Assembly: GCF_044704955.1 (NCBI RefSeq)
Contig: NC_092008.1
Span: 5,828,001-5,892,000, forward strand
Direction of reading: 5' to 3'
DNA: 64,000 nucleotides
From: Pristiophorus japonicus
Taxonomy: Eukaryota
This document shows positions 51,627 through 63,965 of the stretch, in pieces (within the stretch, counting starts at the first letter, position 1; every line of letters begins with the position of its first letter). The translations under genes were made by a program, and so were the position numbers. The notes below the pieces were generated by a model that worked only from the letters and a program-made list of their open reading frames with translations, was not told the DNA's origin and did no database searches.

Positions 51627-52535
51627 TCTGTATCTAACCCATGCTGTACCTGCCCCTGGAGTGTTTGATATGACAGTGTAGCTGGAGATTTACTCTATAT
51701 CTAAACCTCTATACTTGCCCTGGGAGTGTGTGATGGGGCAGTATAGAGCGACGTTTACTCTGTATCTAACCTCCTGAACCTGCCCTGGGAGTGTGTGACG
51801 GGACAGTGTAGAGGTAGCTTTATTGTGCATCTAACCCCAGCACCTGCCCTGGGAAAGTATGGTGGGGCAGTGTCGAGGGCGAATTACTCTGTATTTAACC
51901 TCGTGCTGTACCTGCCGCAAGAGTGTTTGATGCAACATTATGGAGTGAGCTTTACTCTCCATCTAATGCCCTGCACCTGCCCTGAGAGTGTCTGATTGGG
52001 CAGTGTGTAGGGAGATTTACTCTGTATCTATCCCGTGCTGCACCTGCTCTGGGAGTGTTTGATGGGACAGTGGTGCGGCAGCTTTACTCTGTATCTAACC
52101 CCTTGCTATACCTGCCCTGCGAGTGTTTGATGGGACAGTGCAGAGGGAACTTTACTCTATATCTAACCACGTGCTGTCCCTGCCCTGGGAGTGTTTTATG
52201 GGACAGTGCGGAGGCAGCTTTACTCTGTCTAACCCCCTGCACCTGTCCTGGGAGTGTGTGATGGGGCAATGTCGATTGAGATTTACTCTGTATCTAACCC
52301 GGTGGTGCTCCTGCCCTGGTTTTGTTTGATGGGACAGTGTAGAGTGAGCTTTACTCTATCTCTAACCCTTTACTGTACCTTCCCTGGGAGTGTTTGATGG
52401 GACAGTGTATCGGGAGCATTTCTCTGTATTGAGCCCCCTGTAACTGTCCTGAGAGTATTTGATGGGACAGTGTTGATGGAGCTTTATTCTGTATCTTACC
52501 TGTGCTATACCTGCCCTGGAAATGTTTGATGGGTG
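51627..52535. repeat. ~66-68 bp satellite (CTTTACTCTGTATCTAACCC.GTGCTGTACCTGCCCTGGGAGTGTTTGATGGGACAGTGTAGAGGGAG), ~13 units
   Basis: Clear tandem units; absent at the homologous position in unit A (~27016). Confidence 0.92.
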
Positions 52536-53199
52536 CGTGCACGTGTGGTGGATTGAGTGTGGGCCCCGCTGAAATGACTCTGTGCCGGCCGCTTCTGTCA
52601 ACAATACCGCTAGCCAGCTGGAAGTGAAGACCACCCTCCAAGAATTCCCGGCAGAGACACCGAGAGAGCACGGGCCCCAGCCCAGCGGAGACACTGAGAG
52701 AGCATGGTCATGTGGCCGGCCGAGTGGTCTCCGCTACGACCTGCCAAAGGGACTCGAGGACGTGGGGCCGGCTGAAGGGACTCCAAGGCCGGCGTTCAAT
52801 CCGCCGAAGGGATTCCGAGGCCGGTGCTGAAGCGGCTGAAGGGACCGAGGCTTCACGTCGTCTCATACTCCCAACCAACTTTTAATTAATTTTTAAAATG
52901 TTTTTAAACTTTTAGACAACTTTGAAACTAATTAAACAATTTGGGAGAACTTTACATTTTAGACTCTCAACCGAAATACTTTAAAACATTTATTATTAAC
53001 TTACATCTTTGACTTTTAATACATTTTAGAAATTTTTGAAATTGGTTAAACTTTTATAATCTATTATTGATTTACATCTTAGATTTTTAACAACTCTTAG
53101 AAAATTCTTAAAACGTTTTCACAACTCTTAGAAACTTTTGAATCGAATTGGGAACCTTTATCAACTTTTAATCCTTTAAAATAACTTTGGAAGTCACTT

Positions 53200-54512
53200 T
53201 CCAAATGCCTGCCCCCCGCCAACCTTGCCTCGGACCATCTACCATCAATGGCACTACCCGACGCTGAGCTTGCGGACAAAACTTCGCCGTCGGCAATTAG
53301 GCTTACCGAGCTGTGACTGTTCTCCAGTAGTCTTGGACCCCCTTGCCACTGGGCCAAGACCTTGTTCAGCTAAGCCCTTGAGGTTTCCCGTGTGCAGTGG
53401 CCACTCCACGTTAAAAGAACTCACGCAGAGGCATTTTCCACTCCGTCAGTATGAAGTTCGGGACCTGGAACACCAGGACCCTCATGGAAAATCCCAACAG
53501 CAAAAGGCCAGAACGCTGCTCCACCATAGTTGCCCGGGAACTCAGATGCTTTGACATTGACATCGCCACCCGAAGCGAGACACAGCAGGTAGGAGAAGGC
53601 CAGTTGAAGGAAAATGGTGGAGGTTACACCTTCTTCTGGAAAGGGAAACCAGAGGCAGAACGCCTCCTTCATGGAGTCAGCTTTGCCATCAAGAAGGATC
53701 TGGTCGACCGCCTCAAAGAGTCCCCCTGTGGGATCAACCAAGGCCTCATGACTCTCCGTATCACCCTATCTCGGAACCAATGTGCCACAGTCATCAGTGC
53801 GTATGCCCCAATACTCGTTGCAACAGATGAGGCTAAATAGAGTTTTCATTCTAACCTCGAGACATCCCTGTCCAATGTCCCCACGGGTGACGAATTGATC
53901 CTCCTGGGTGATTTTAATGCCAGGGTTGGCAAGGACACAGCCCTCTGGGGAGATGTGATTGGCACAGAGAGGGTAGGGAAAGCCAATTCCAGGGGTACCC
54001 TACTCTTGACAAAATGTCTAGAACATGAACTCCTCATTACCAACACCCTGTTCCGCAAGAGGGACAAATACAAGACATTGTGGCAACACCCTCGCTCCAA
54101 ACACTGGCACCTGCTTGACGATGTCAACGTCCGAGCCAGGGATTGCAAGGATGTACACATCACCCACGCTATGACAGGAGCTGATGACTGCTGGATGGAA
54201 CACCGCCTAATCCGATCCATCATCAACATTAACATTGCCCCAAAGCAGAGGGAACAGCAGAAGCAGTTCCACAAAAAAATTAATGCCAGGGCACTTTGAG
54301 ACCCAGCTAAGAGAGCCCTATACAGCCAGCGCCTCACAGCCAATTTGGCATGCCTTGATCAACCTGAGACGTTGAATCCCCATAGCGCTTGGTCTGCCCT
54401 CCAGGCCTCTACAACCAGTGCTTGTGAAGAGACACTTGGTCACTCAACCAGAAAACATCAGGAATTGTTTGATGAAAATGATCAGGAGATCAAAGAACTA
54501 ATAGATCGCAAG
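53200..54512 (+). mobile_element. RTE-clade LINE 5' part (APE endonuclease), 3'-truncated
   Basis: MKFGTWNTRTL...DIDIA..SET...GYTFFWKG...VISAYAP; ILLGDFNARVG; LLITNTLF; WQHPRSKHWHLLD. Confidence 0.88.
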
Positions 54513-54597
54513 TGTTGTGTATGCATGCCCATTCGTAGATGCAAGTTTCACCAGTTGCGATGGGTATTGAGCATGTTTGTTCAGCCATGAACTCATT

Positions 54598-54669
54598 GAA
54601 TGGCGGTGCAGGCTAGAAGGGCCGAATGGCCTACTCCTGCACCTATTTTCTATATTCTATGTTTCTATG
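54598..54669 (+). mobile_element. CR1 3' terminus stub at unit B/C junction
   Basis: GAAGGGCCGAATGGCCTACTCCTGCACCTATTTTCTAT..TTCTATGTTTCTATG. Confidence 0.75.
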
Positions 54670-56566
54670 ACAGAGGCCTAAGACCAGTCGCTGCTGTTGC
54701 ATGGACTTGTCAACATTTCCGTTTTTTGGGGTATATCCCAGGGTTTTCGTTTCTCTCTCAATGCAGAAGATTTACGGAGGTTAACAGACAGGTGGACATG
54801 CGTATGTGAGTAGGAAATATGAGGAATAGATCGCATCTTCTACCGAAAGGGCAGGAATAATATTATTCTCAGTCGTACTTTGTAAATTGCTGCTTAAATA
54901 TTGTAAGGTATTAATTCTTGCTTATGCTAAATAAAGCCATATAATTAGAACGAATATGGTGTCAATGTTGAACAATTGAACAGACAGACAACGACAACAA
55001 TGGGGGGTTCTTGAAGTAAAGGTCGGCCTTCTCTTTTACTGGTCAAATCCTGACGTGATGGTGGACCTTATTTAAATGGGCAGTCCTATTGGTGATGAAG
55101 GGCCTTCTCGTTAACTGGTCAAAAACTGAGGTGATGGTGGACCTTATTTAAACGGGCAGTCAGAGTGGTGATCAACGGCATCCTCTTTAACTGGATGAGC
55201 CTTGAGTTGATGATGGGATGTCTCCTTAAACGGGAGAGACTTGAGTTGATGAAGGACATTTTCTTTCACCGGGCAGTTCCTGAGGTGATGGTGAGCCTTC
55301 TTTGCCAGGAAGGCTTTGATGTGATGGTGGCTCTGTTTTTAAATGTGCAGTTAACATGTGCACCAGGAAGTGAAGTTCTGATGTCAGAGTTTGTATCAAT
55401 TGGATTCACTATAGCAGAAGGTTTGCCTCATTGACACGATGAGCTCGGATTGGACATGAGGGGAAATATTTGAAAATCTAGCGAAGAATCATAATTCAAG
55501 GCTAGAGCAGGAGATGTTTTCCTTGATGGGGATGGAGAAGGAGATGAGCCAAAAACAGGTGAATAGATAATTTCAATATTTTTGACAAATAATTACATCA
55601 GTTCCTCGGAGTTGATTTTGGAGGTGTGTGTAGCGGGGCAGGGCAGAGGTGTTAAACAATATGGTTGTTAGTTTTGAATGGAAGCCGGGGTCTATGTTTG
55701 CTTTCCTTGATAATATTGGATATTGGATCTGCTTAGGGTGAAAGATGCATGATCTGATAGGCCTGTATTTGAAGAGCCAGCTTCCACATTAAATGAGTAA
55801 ACTAGATGTGGGCCAGATACGATTAAATAATGGCCTTGGACCTATGGGAGCTACAATGGGTCTTATTCCTGAGAAAATAACCAGTGTAGGAGAGGTCAGA
55901 GTTTTACCGGGGACAAGGACATCAAAACTGTCAGTGAGTGAGTGGTGGAGCTGATCGACAGCTGCAGAACTACCTTGGAAAATGGAGAAGTTAGTCAGAC
56001 TGCAGTGCCCAAAAGTAGTAAGTGAATTGTGGAGAGATTTTTCACATGCGTAGATGCAGCTAGAAGTGGTGTTGGAATGCAATAGGGGCTGTGGAAGGTG
56101 ATCGATTCACGAAGCTGCCGGAGATGGCCTTGTATGTGACCGCAAAAAGCGAGCCAACTGAGTTGGCAAGCTTGAAGAAATCAAGTTGACAATCAATGTG
56201 CTCAGACTGTTGATTTAACATTTTTGTTCTTGCTCATTACTAAAGTACTTTTACAACAATGGGTCATTCTACCGTACATCCATAAGTGCATTTAGTGGTG
56301 CGAGGGGTGTTGGTTTGAAAGGGGTTAACTGAATGTGTTTGTTCATTGACTGTAATTGATATATACCCCATAGATTAATTAAATGTGTTTGTTCGGTGAC
56401 TGTAATTAATGTACCTCTCCATGGACCATAATTGTATTACTGGAGAGGTTATCTCTTCTATTAATACGGTGAACATCTCAATGTGTTGTACCACAGTACC
56501 ACAGTCTCGCAGCGAGCATCAACTCCGGCATTCACAGCAATCAGCGGCTCTAACGAGAGGAGAAGA

Positions 56567-56660
56567 ATGTATTTAAGAATCAGTGAGTTTACAATACTAG
56601 GGTTCGTTTTTGAGATACAAAAGATATACTAACCGCTTCTGGCTGTGGTCGGAGTCCCTG
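56567..56660 (+). pseudogene. GPR139/GPR142-like GPCR copy C, exon 1 with premature stop (Tyr22 TAC>TAA at 56630-56632)
   Basis: Identical to copy B exon 1 except for this one base; donor CCTG|GTAAGT is intact. Confidence 0.85.
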
Positions 56661-58231
56661 GTAAGTCACTGTGTCCAGCTCTCATGTTGTAGATCATGTT
56701 TAACTGTGTGACTGCATTACCTCATTGAGGTCAGAATATCCAGAAATTAATTGACACCACATATTCTCTCTGGATGTGGGGCTGACAATGCTCTGTGATT
56801 CCCGAATGTGACGGTGTCACATTCACCCGTTGACTGATCTGAGTGCAGTGAATAGAAAATATCACCTTTTCATCTTTTGTCCATGTGATAGGGTCTGACA
56901 GAGAACTGACTCGTTTGCTAATTTCTAGCATAAGCAATCTCACTGGATGATTCTCTTAGCGTCTGTGTTTGTAGAGTGCATTCTATTCAATCGGACAGAT
57001 GTGTTCATGGGTTTCCAGAATCGATCACCGTGCACTGGGAACAGTGAATTATACCAAGTGGGGAAACCAGTCGTGGCAGAAAGCTCAGAAACACACCGTG
57101 AATGTTCGATAATGTCCATCTTGATCCAGATCCAGTCTGATGACCCCCTTTGTACAATCTCTTTCCCAGCATAAGTCAGTGTTCTGGGAGGTTAGGATGG
57201 GATTACAAATTAATTCGTGATTGAATGTGTCTCCCATTATAGATCAATGGATTGATTTCCGATCATATCTGTGAAGAAGGAATCCCCACCCCGTGTCCAT
57301 CAAGCACAGTTCAGGAGAATCTCTCAATGAGACCTCTTCTGACTCTGTCCCATCTCTTGCTCTGCTTCCGTGCAACTGATTCTTGTTGATTGGCAGGGAG
57401 TACAATGAATGGTGAAATCACTTTATTGATGCAAATTCACCGCGTCAATTGGAGTTCCATCAAATCTCAACCACAGATAAAGAACTCTGGATTAGCGCTG
57501 ACCTAGTTGGATTCGGATATTTAATTAAATCTCAACCACAGATGTAGAACTCCGGGTAAACAAATCATCTAATTGGATGCAGAGATTTTAACACACCACA
57601 AGGTGCTAAATTTAATCTCTGTTATATTAAACACAATCACAAAAATGTCTAATCACACAGCAGTGGACAGTTTGATCTTTGTGCGATTTTTTAAATGGAG
57701 CGATTAGAATTAGCCCCCGGTTATACACCACCGCCCATTGCCTTCACATTAATGCGGGATGTAGAAGGCTGGATTGGTTCCACTTTGCCCATTTTACACC
57801 AGCACAGATAGATATAAATCGACTGAGCATCAGCAGTGAGAAGGAAACGTCAGGTGCGGGCCATCCTCAAAACAGGACTGGTCACAGCATTAGAACATTT
57901 ATAGTCGAGATTATTTGAAACCTTTTGGAGGATCGGTGAGTTGAAAGTCATCTAAAATGTTATTTAATAATGTGTTATTTTCACGGGATGTAATATGTCA
58001 GATTTAAGTGCATGTGGAAGTATTGCTCTGTTTTATGACATGCTTTCACACCAGATATATTTTTCTCTTCCTCACCTCAATCAAATGATCCTTTTTGTGC
58101 CCTGATACGGCGTGGGATTGCCCTAAGCATTCGGCTCAGAGGGAATCACAGACGAGTTTAAACACAATACCCAAAGTCGCTTTGCTCCCGTATATTTTGT
58201 TCATGCTCTTCCAGGGTCTATCTCAAGGGTC

Positions 58232-58595
58232 AATGACTCACTCTCCGCCGGTCACTGACTCACTCTCCCCTGGTCACTGACTCACTCTCCCCGGTCACGG
58301 ACTCACTCTCCCTGGTTACTGATTCACTCACCCCCGGTCAGTAACTCACTCTCCCCGAGTCACTGACTCACCCCCCCCCTGGTTACTGACTCCCTCTCCC
58401 CGGTCACTGACTCACTCTCACTGGTCACTCACTCACTCTCCTTTGGTTACTGACTCACTCTCCTTTGTTGCTGATTCACTGTCCCCTTGTCACTGACTCA
58501 CTGTCCCCGGTCACTGACTCACTCTCGCCGGTCAGTGACTCACTCTCACTGGTTACTGATTCATTCTCCCCCGGTCACTTACTCACTCTCACCGG
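58232..58595. repeat. ~21-bp TGACTCA minisatellite, ~17 units, intron of GPCR copy C
   Basis: Tandem units visible. Confidence 0.92.
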
Positions 58596-59063
58596 ACGCA
58601 CTCCTGCAATTTCTGCCGCTGAATTACGGCCCATAATGACTTACCAAGACATTTCAGCCACAGTCCAATTACCCAAACTAACTCCTGATTGGGTGCAGAC
58701 TGGGAACAGAATCCCAGAAGGTCGATGGTTCCAGGGTTCCTGCAGCAGTAGGCAATGATTTAACAAACCTGGAGATGAGGGCGAATGCCACTTCAATATT
58801 GATCCTCTGATTAGATGGCACATTACTCTTGCAATATTAAATCCCATGCCCCGGTTCCAGTTACTATTCTTTGCTGATTGGTGAGTTGCACAGTTTGCAT
58901 TGTACATCCAGTCTCAAGCAAAAAGCCCTTTCTCTGGAACATTATTAAATTCCATCACTGGACGCAGTAATAAATGTAGAAATTTTACCCCAACAACCTT
59001 CAACCCGCTGAATTCACTTTCGTCCTGTTATGTTAATTTCCTTTTGATGTCCCTTCCTCACAG

Positions 59064-59959
59064 CTAACTCAATGACGATTGTGATCCTGTCTCGGGGAAA
59101 GTGTGGTCTCTCCAAATGCGTCACTCGCTACTTGGTGGCCATGGCAGCGGCGGATCTAATGGTTGTTATCACTGACCTGATATTGAGGCAGATTCCAATT
59201 GTTCATCGTCTGTATTTTGTGCGAGAAATCCGCATGTGTAATATCCACGCCGTCCTGCTTTATGTAGCCACAGACTGTTCTGTCTGGTTCACCGTCACTT
59301 TCACCTTTGAGCGATTCGTGGCAATTTGTTGCCAGAAGCTGAAAACTAAATATTGCACTGAGAAAACCGCGGCTGTCGTTCTTGGAGCAGCGACTGTGCT
59401 GAGCTGTTTAACGAACATTTTCTGGTACTTTATGTATTTACCTTGGTACAGGTTTGCCAATACCCCCTGGTTCTGTTACGTGAGTGTTCTTGTTATGATT
59501 TCACGTTTGTGGGGAACACTCGAGCTTCTTCATTCTATTCTCACCCCTTGCATCCCATTTGTTCTGATTCTGCTCCTCAATGCTTTAACCATCAGACATA
59601 TTTTAGTGGCCAGCAGAGTCCGCAGGAGACTACAGAATCACAGCAGCGAGGGGATTGCCAGTGACATAGCGATGGAGCGACGAAGGAAATCCATTATTTT
59701 ACTGCTTATTATTTCAGGGAATTTCGTTCTGTTATGGGCTGTGTTTATGTTGTTTTCTATTTGGAACCGGTTGTTATATTTACTTTATGCTACTATACAT
59801 CTACCTGCTTACATGAAAGAAATAGGATTTATGCTCCAGCTCCTGAGTTGCTGCACAAGCACTTGTATTTATGCCGTGACCCAGAATAAGTTCAGAGAGC
59901 AGTTGAAGAATGTGGTGAAATGTCCGTATCTCCGAATTGTTAAAATAATTAAATGGTGA
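59064..59959 (+). CDS. GPR139/GPR142-like GPCR copy C, exon 2 (open; 295 aa from ATG 59072); gene probably pseudogenised by the exon-1 stop
   Basis: Acceptor cccttcctcacAG|CT; same TM motifs, with ERF in place of DRF and STCIY in place of NTCIY. Confidence 0.8.
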
Positions 59960-61706
59960 GACTGAATGTAGAAGATGCAGCATCAGAAATCAACATGATG
60001 TACGGAAAGGAGCGAAGCAGGAGAAGGCCATGGTGAATATCCACGGTTTCTCATGTAGAAAACAAAATAAACTCAATATAGATGACATTGCGGCAGAAAG
60101 GAAACGTTACCTGATGTGGGGACGTCGAGGTTTTACACAATCACATATTACACAGACGTAGTTAGCATGGGTTGACAGAATAGTATCACGTTACGAGGAC
60201 ATAATTAACCTGATAAAATACACAACACACCCGAACCTTTCACGGATTTTGATCTAGATAGCATGAATATTCAAGACGATAAGGTTCCGACATGCGCTGA
60301 AATAGTTCGTAGGATTACATAGCACATAAGCAGATAATTCGGGCCATCGTGCATTTGCCAGCTCTTTGAAAAAGATATCCAATTAGTCCCACTCAGCTGG
60401 TCTTGCCCCATAGTTTTGATAATTTTACCTTTCAAATATTTATCCAATTCCTTCGTGACTGTTAGTACTGAAGCCGGATTATCCACCGTTTCAGTCTCGT
60501 CATTCACGACAATAATTAGAGGTGTCCAAACAACTCTTTATTTCCCCATTAGATTTCTTGTCAGGAATTTAAATCTGTGTCCACTGGTTAGTAAGCCTCC
60601 AGCCAATGGAAACAATATTCCTCGATCTACTGTGCCGAAACCATGCATGATTAAATCTATTTAAACCTTCTCGGTACTGTTAAGTAACAATTCCGCGAAT
60701 TCTGACAGCCTCTTTTTAATTGTACCGTTTAGTTCATATTGCTTCTCCTCATTTGTACCTACAATATGCTTCACTGCACAATTCTCTGCTTCAAATCTCC
60801 ACTGCCATGTTTCTGTTGAAGTCACTAGCCTGACTATGTCCACCTGGATTCTGGTACGTTCCTCCCATTTTACTACATTCGCAACTTTGTGACATTTGCA
60901 AACTTGGATATTATGTTCTGTGTACTCAGTTCCAGGACATTAATATATATCTTAAAGGAGCAGTGATCCTAACAGCGCTACCTGGCTGACACCATCTGGT
61001 ACTTATCCGCTGTCTGAATAACAAAAGTTCGCTAATACTCTCTGCTTCTCAGCTGATTTCGTATCTCGGCAACCACTGTCCCTTTAATACCATGGGCTTC
61101 AATTTTGCCAGCAAATCTACTATGCGGCACTTCAGCAAGTGTCTTTTGAAATTTCGTCAAATAAATTAATCAAGTTAGTCAAGCACGATTTGCCTTTGAC
61201 AAATTTTACGAGCATGAGCAATTTAGGCCACATGTTTACAACACCAGCTGAATCCATTGCAGGTGAAGAATTTTCGGTATCACTCGCAAGGACACTGCAA
61301 TTAAAGAGTTGTATCAATTATTTGACAAATAAAGTATATTAATCGGATACCTCAATCGTGAAACTTGAGTTAAGTGTAAGTATGATTGACTATCCCAGAG
61401 ACCGAACATAATTGGCGACCGTGTCAATACTGGGAATAATTTATTCTTTCATTGTCTGATTTGTTGCCTACCATCTCTTGTCAGACACTCCCATACAGAG
61501 CAGATAATGGAATATGGAGTATCTGGGCGAATATATAGATGCACATTGGATGTAGCATGAGGGCTAGTAATCTCACGGGAAATACAGACCCATGAGTGAG
61601 TTAGTCTGGATCCTGGGTAATGGAAAAAACAAGGTTCCTGTGTTACAAGGGATAGTTTTCAAGCCGGAGATTCTATCCGAATGTAATCAGCATCACAGAA
61701 AGCAGT

Positions 61707-62980
61707 GTGACAGATTGGAGGAAATGATTTGTGAGAAAACTTCGGTAAGAGTGATCGTCGTATGATAAGATTGAAACTAATAATGGAAAGGATTAAGGAA
61801 CAACCTAAAGCAGATATTTTAAATTGGAAGGTGGAAAACTTCAATGGGAGGAGAGCGTATCTAGCCAAGGTAAAATGAAACCAATGATTGGGAGAATCAT
61901 CTGAAACAGGACAATGGGTGATCTTTCAGGAGTATCAGGTACAGGCTAGGGACATTCCAACACGAGGTAACGAAAAGTGAATCAAAAGTACGGCTTTTTG
62001 GATGACGAGGGAGATAGAGAATATGATTCAACAAAAAAGAGGGTGTATGATGCATGTCAGGAGAATTTTTCAAGTGAGAATCAGCCCAAACGCCATATGT
62101 TACTCGTGGAACTGAAGAGGAAAGTGAGACTGTCAACTTGATACTATGAGAATAAAATGGCAATTAACATAAAAGTGAATCCAATATCTTCTACCAGCAG
62201 GGAAATAATAAGCGTGTAATAAGCGATGGGCTGGGGCTTATAAGAGCAAAGAAGGTGACATGTGCTTAGAGGTGCAGGGCAATGCTGGAATGCTCAATGA
62301 GTACTTTGTATCACAGTTTACTAAGGAAGAGGATGCTGACAAAATATCGGCAGAGGTGGAGATTATAGACGTAATGGGTGCTGTGATAATTGATAGGCAG
62401 AATGTACTGGAAAGGCTGTATATAATTAGAATGGATAAGTGGCCTGCATCAGCTGGCTTTCATACCAAGTTTGTAGCTAAAACGGGGTTGGAGATAGCGG
62501 AAGGGATTGGCATGATCTTCCAATGTACCCTAGATGCGGGGATGGTGCCAGAATGTTGGAAATGGCAAATGTGACATCCTTTTTCAAGAAATGGTGTAAG
62601 TCAGTTTTGGTAATTACAGGCCAGTCAGTATAACATCAGTGGTTGGAAAGGTTTTAGAAACAATAATGAAGGAATACATTAACAATCACTTTGGAGAGAT
62701 GTAAGTTAATGAAGGATAGCCAGTACTGATTTGTGAAAGGCAGATCGTTTTTGACTGCTCAAATAGATTTTTTAAAGTAAGTAACAGAGAAGGTTGATGA
62801 AGGAAATTCACTGGATTTTGTCTGTATGTCTAGAAGAAAGCGTTGGACAAAGTATCACATAAAAGGTTGGACAACAAAATTGAGGCTCTAGGAATAGGAG
62901 GGCCCGTGTCAGCTTGGCTAAGCATTGGCTTAAGGACAGAAAACGGCGAGTCATTGTAAATGGTTGTTTTTCAGACCGCC
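61707..62980 (+). mobile_element. Old CR1 ORF2 fragment (unit C, without the young CR1 insert)
   Basis: MLNEYFVSQFTKEED and DKWPASAGFH; homologous to 14393-15630. Confidence 0.7.
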
Positions 62981-63337
62981 TTCAACAGCCTGCTCGCCAT
63001 TGTCAAGAGACTTAACTGTTCCAGCCACGTTTATAATGTGGCTACAAGAGCAGGGCAGGGGCTGGGTATTCTGTGCCGAGAGGCGCATATACTGATTCCC
63101 CAAACACTTCCACCATGTACAAGGCCGATGTCAGGAGTGTGGTGGAATATGCTCACCTTGCATGGATGAGTGCAGCTCCAACAACAGTCAAGAAACTCTG
63201 TACCATCAGGGAAAAAGCAACGCCATTGACTGAAATTTCAACCAGTACAGTTAACATTCACTCCCTTCTCTACCTCTACAGATGCACTGCACAAACGCTT
63301 CAAAACCCGCTACCCCTACTGCCGAGAATTCCCGAGT

Positions 63338-63965
63338 GTTACTGAGGCCCATTAAGGGTGAAAGGCGCAGGCTCCAGGGCAGACCTGCGCTATGTAAATT
63401 AATCTCAGGAGGGAAGCACCGATCACCACACAGACCAGAATTCGCCCAGGAAACATCCCCAGTCTGTGTTGAGTTATCTGATGTCACCTGTTGAGGTATG
63501 AGCGCCATATCACAGGGCATTCCGAGGCTGCATTCCCGCACTGTGCTGGGATCGATTAGCTCACCCAGTGTGATTCTGGGACCCTCAGAGAGAAGCAAAG
63601 GCCCAGGATACAAAACTGGCTTGTGGTGCATTAGCTGGTCTCAACCGGCAGGGTACTGAGCCACACAGAGCAGGTTGGGCCCGTGCTTCATTCCCGGCCT
63701 GTGGTATGTCAGATCATCTCAGGAGGTGTGCAACTGAGCCATTACAACACCGGAAATGTCCAGGCTTAATTGCTGGCCTGTGCTGTGTCAGCAGATATCA
63801 CACGGCGTGGTACTGAGCCCAACACAGGGCAGTTTGAGCCCATGATCATTCCACGGCACGTGTTGTGTTAGCTGATATCTGTTGGTGTGGTACGAAGCCA
63901 TAAACCTACAGGAAACGGCCAGGTTATACCTCTGCTATATGCTGAAATCTCCGATCTCACCTATT
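63338..63965 (+). repeat. ~79-bp SINE-head tandem array (unit C, ~8 units)
   Basis: Paralog of 15996-16625. Confidence 0.7.

Larger units (their letters stand above)
29031..54667 (+). repeat. Segmental duplication unit B
   Basis: Collinear with unit A up to ~51627, followed by unique satellite and RTE sequence. Confidence 0.88.

Noticed and set aside
51627-52535. CRISPR-like appearance of regular repeats (also the 79-bp arrays)
   Set aside because: Whole units are repeated with no unique spacers, there are no cas genes, and the context is a vertebrate genome.
60066-60071. AATAAA as GPCR polyadenylation signal
   Set aside because: Present only in copy C; A and B have AATTAA here, so it is not supported.
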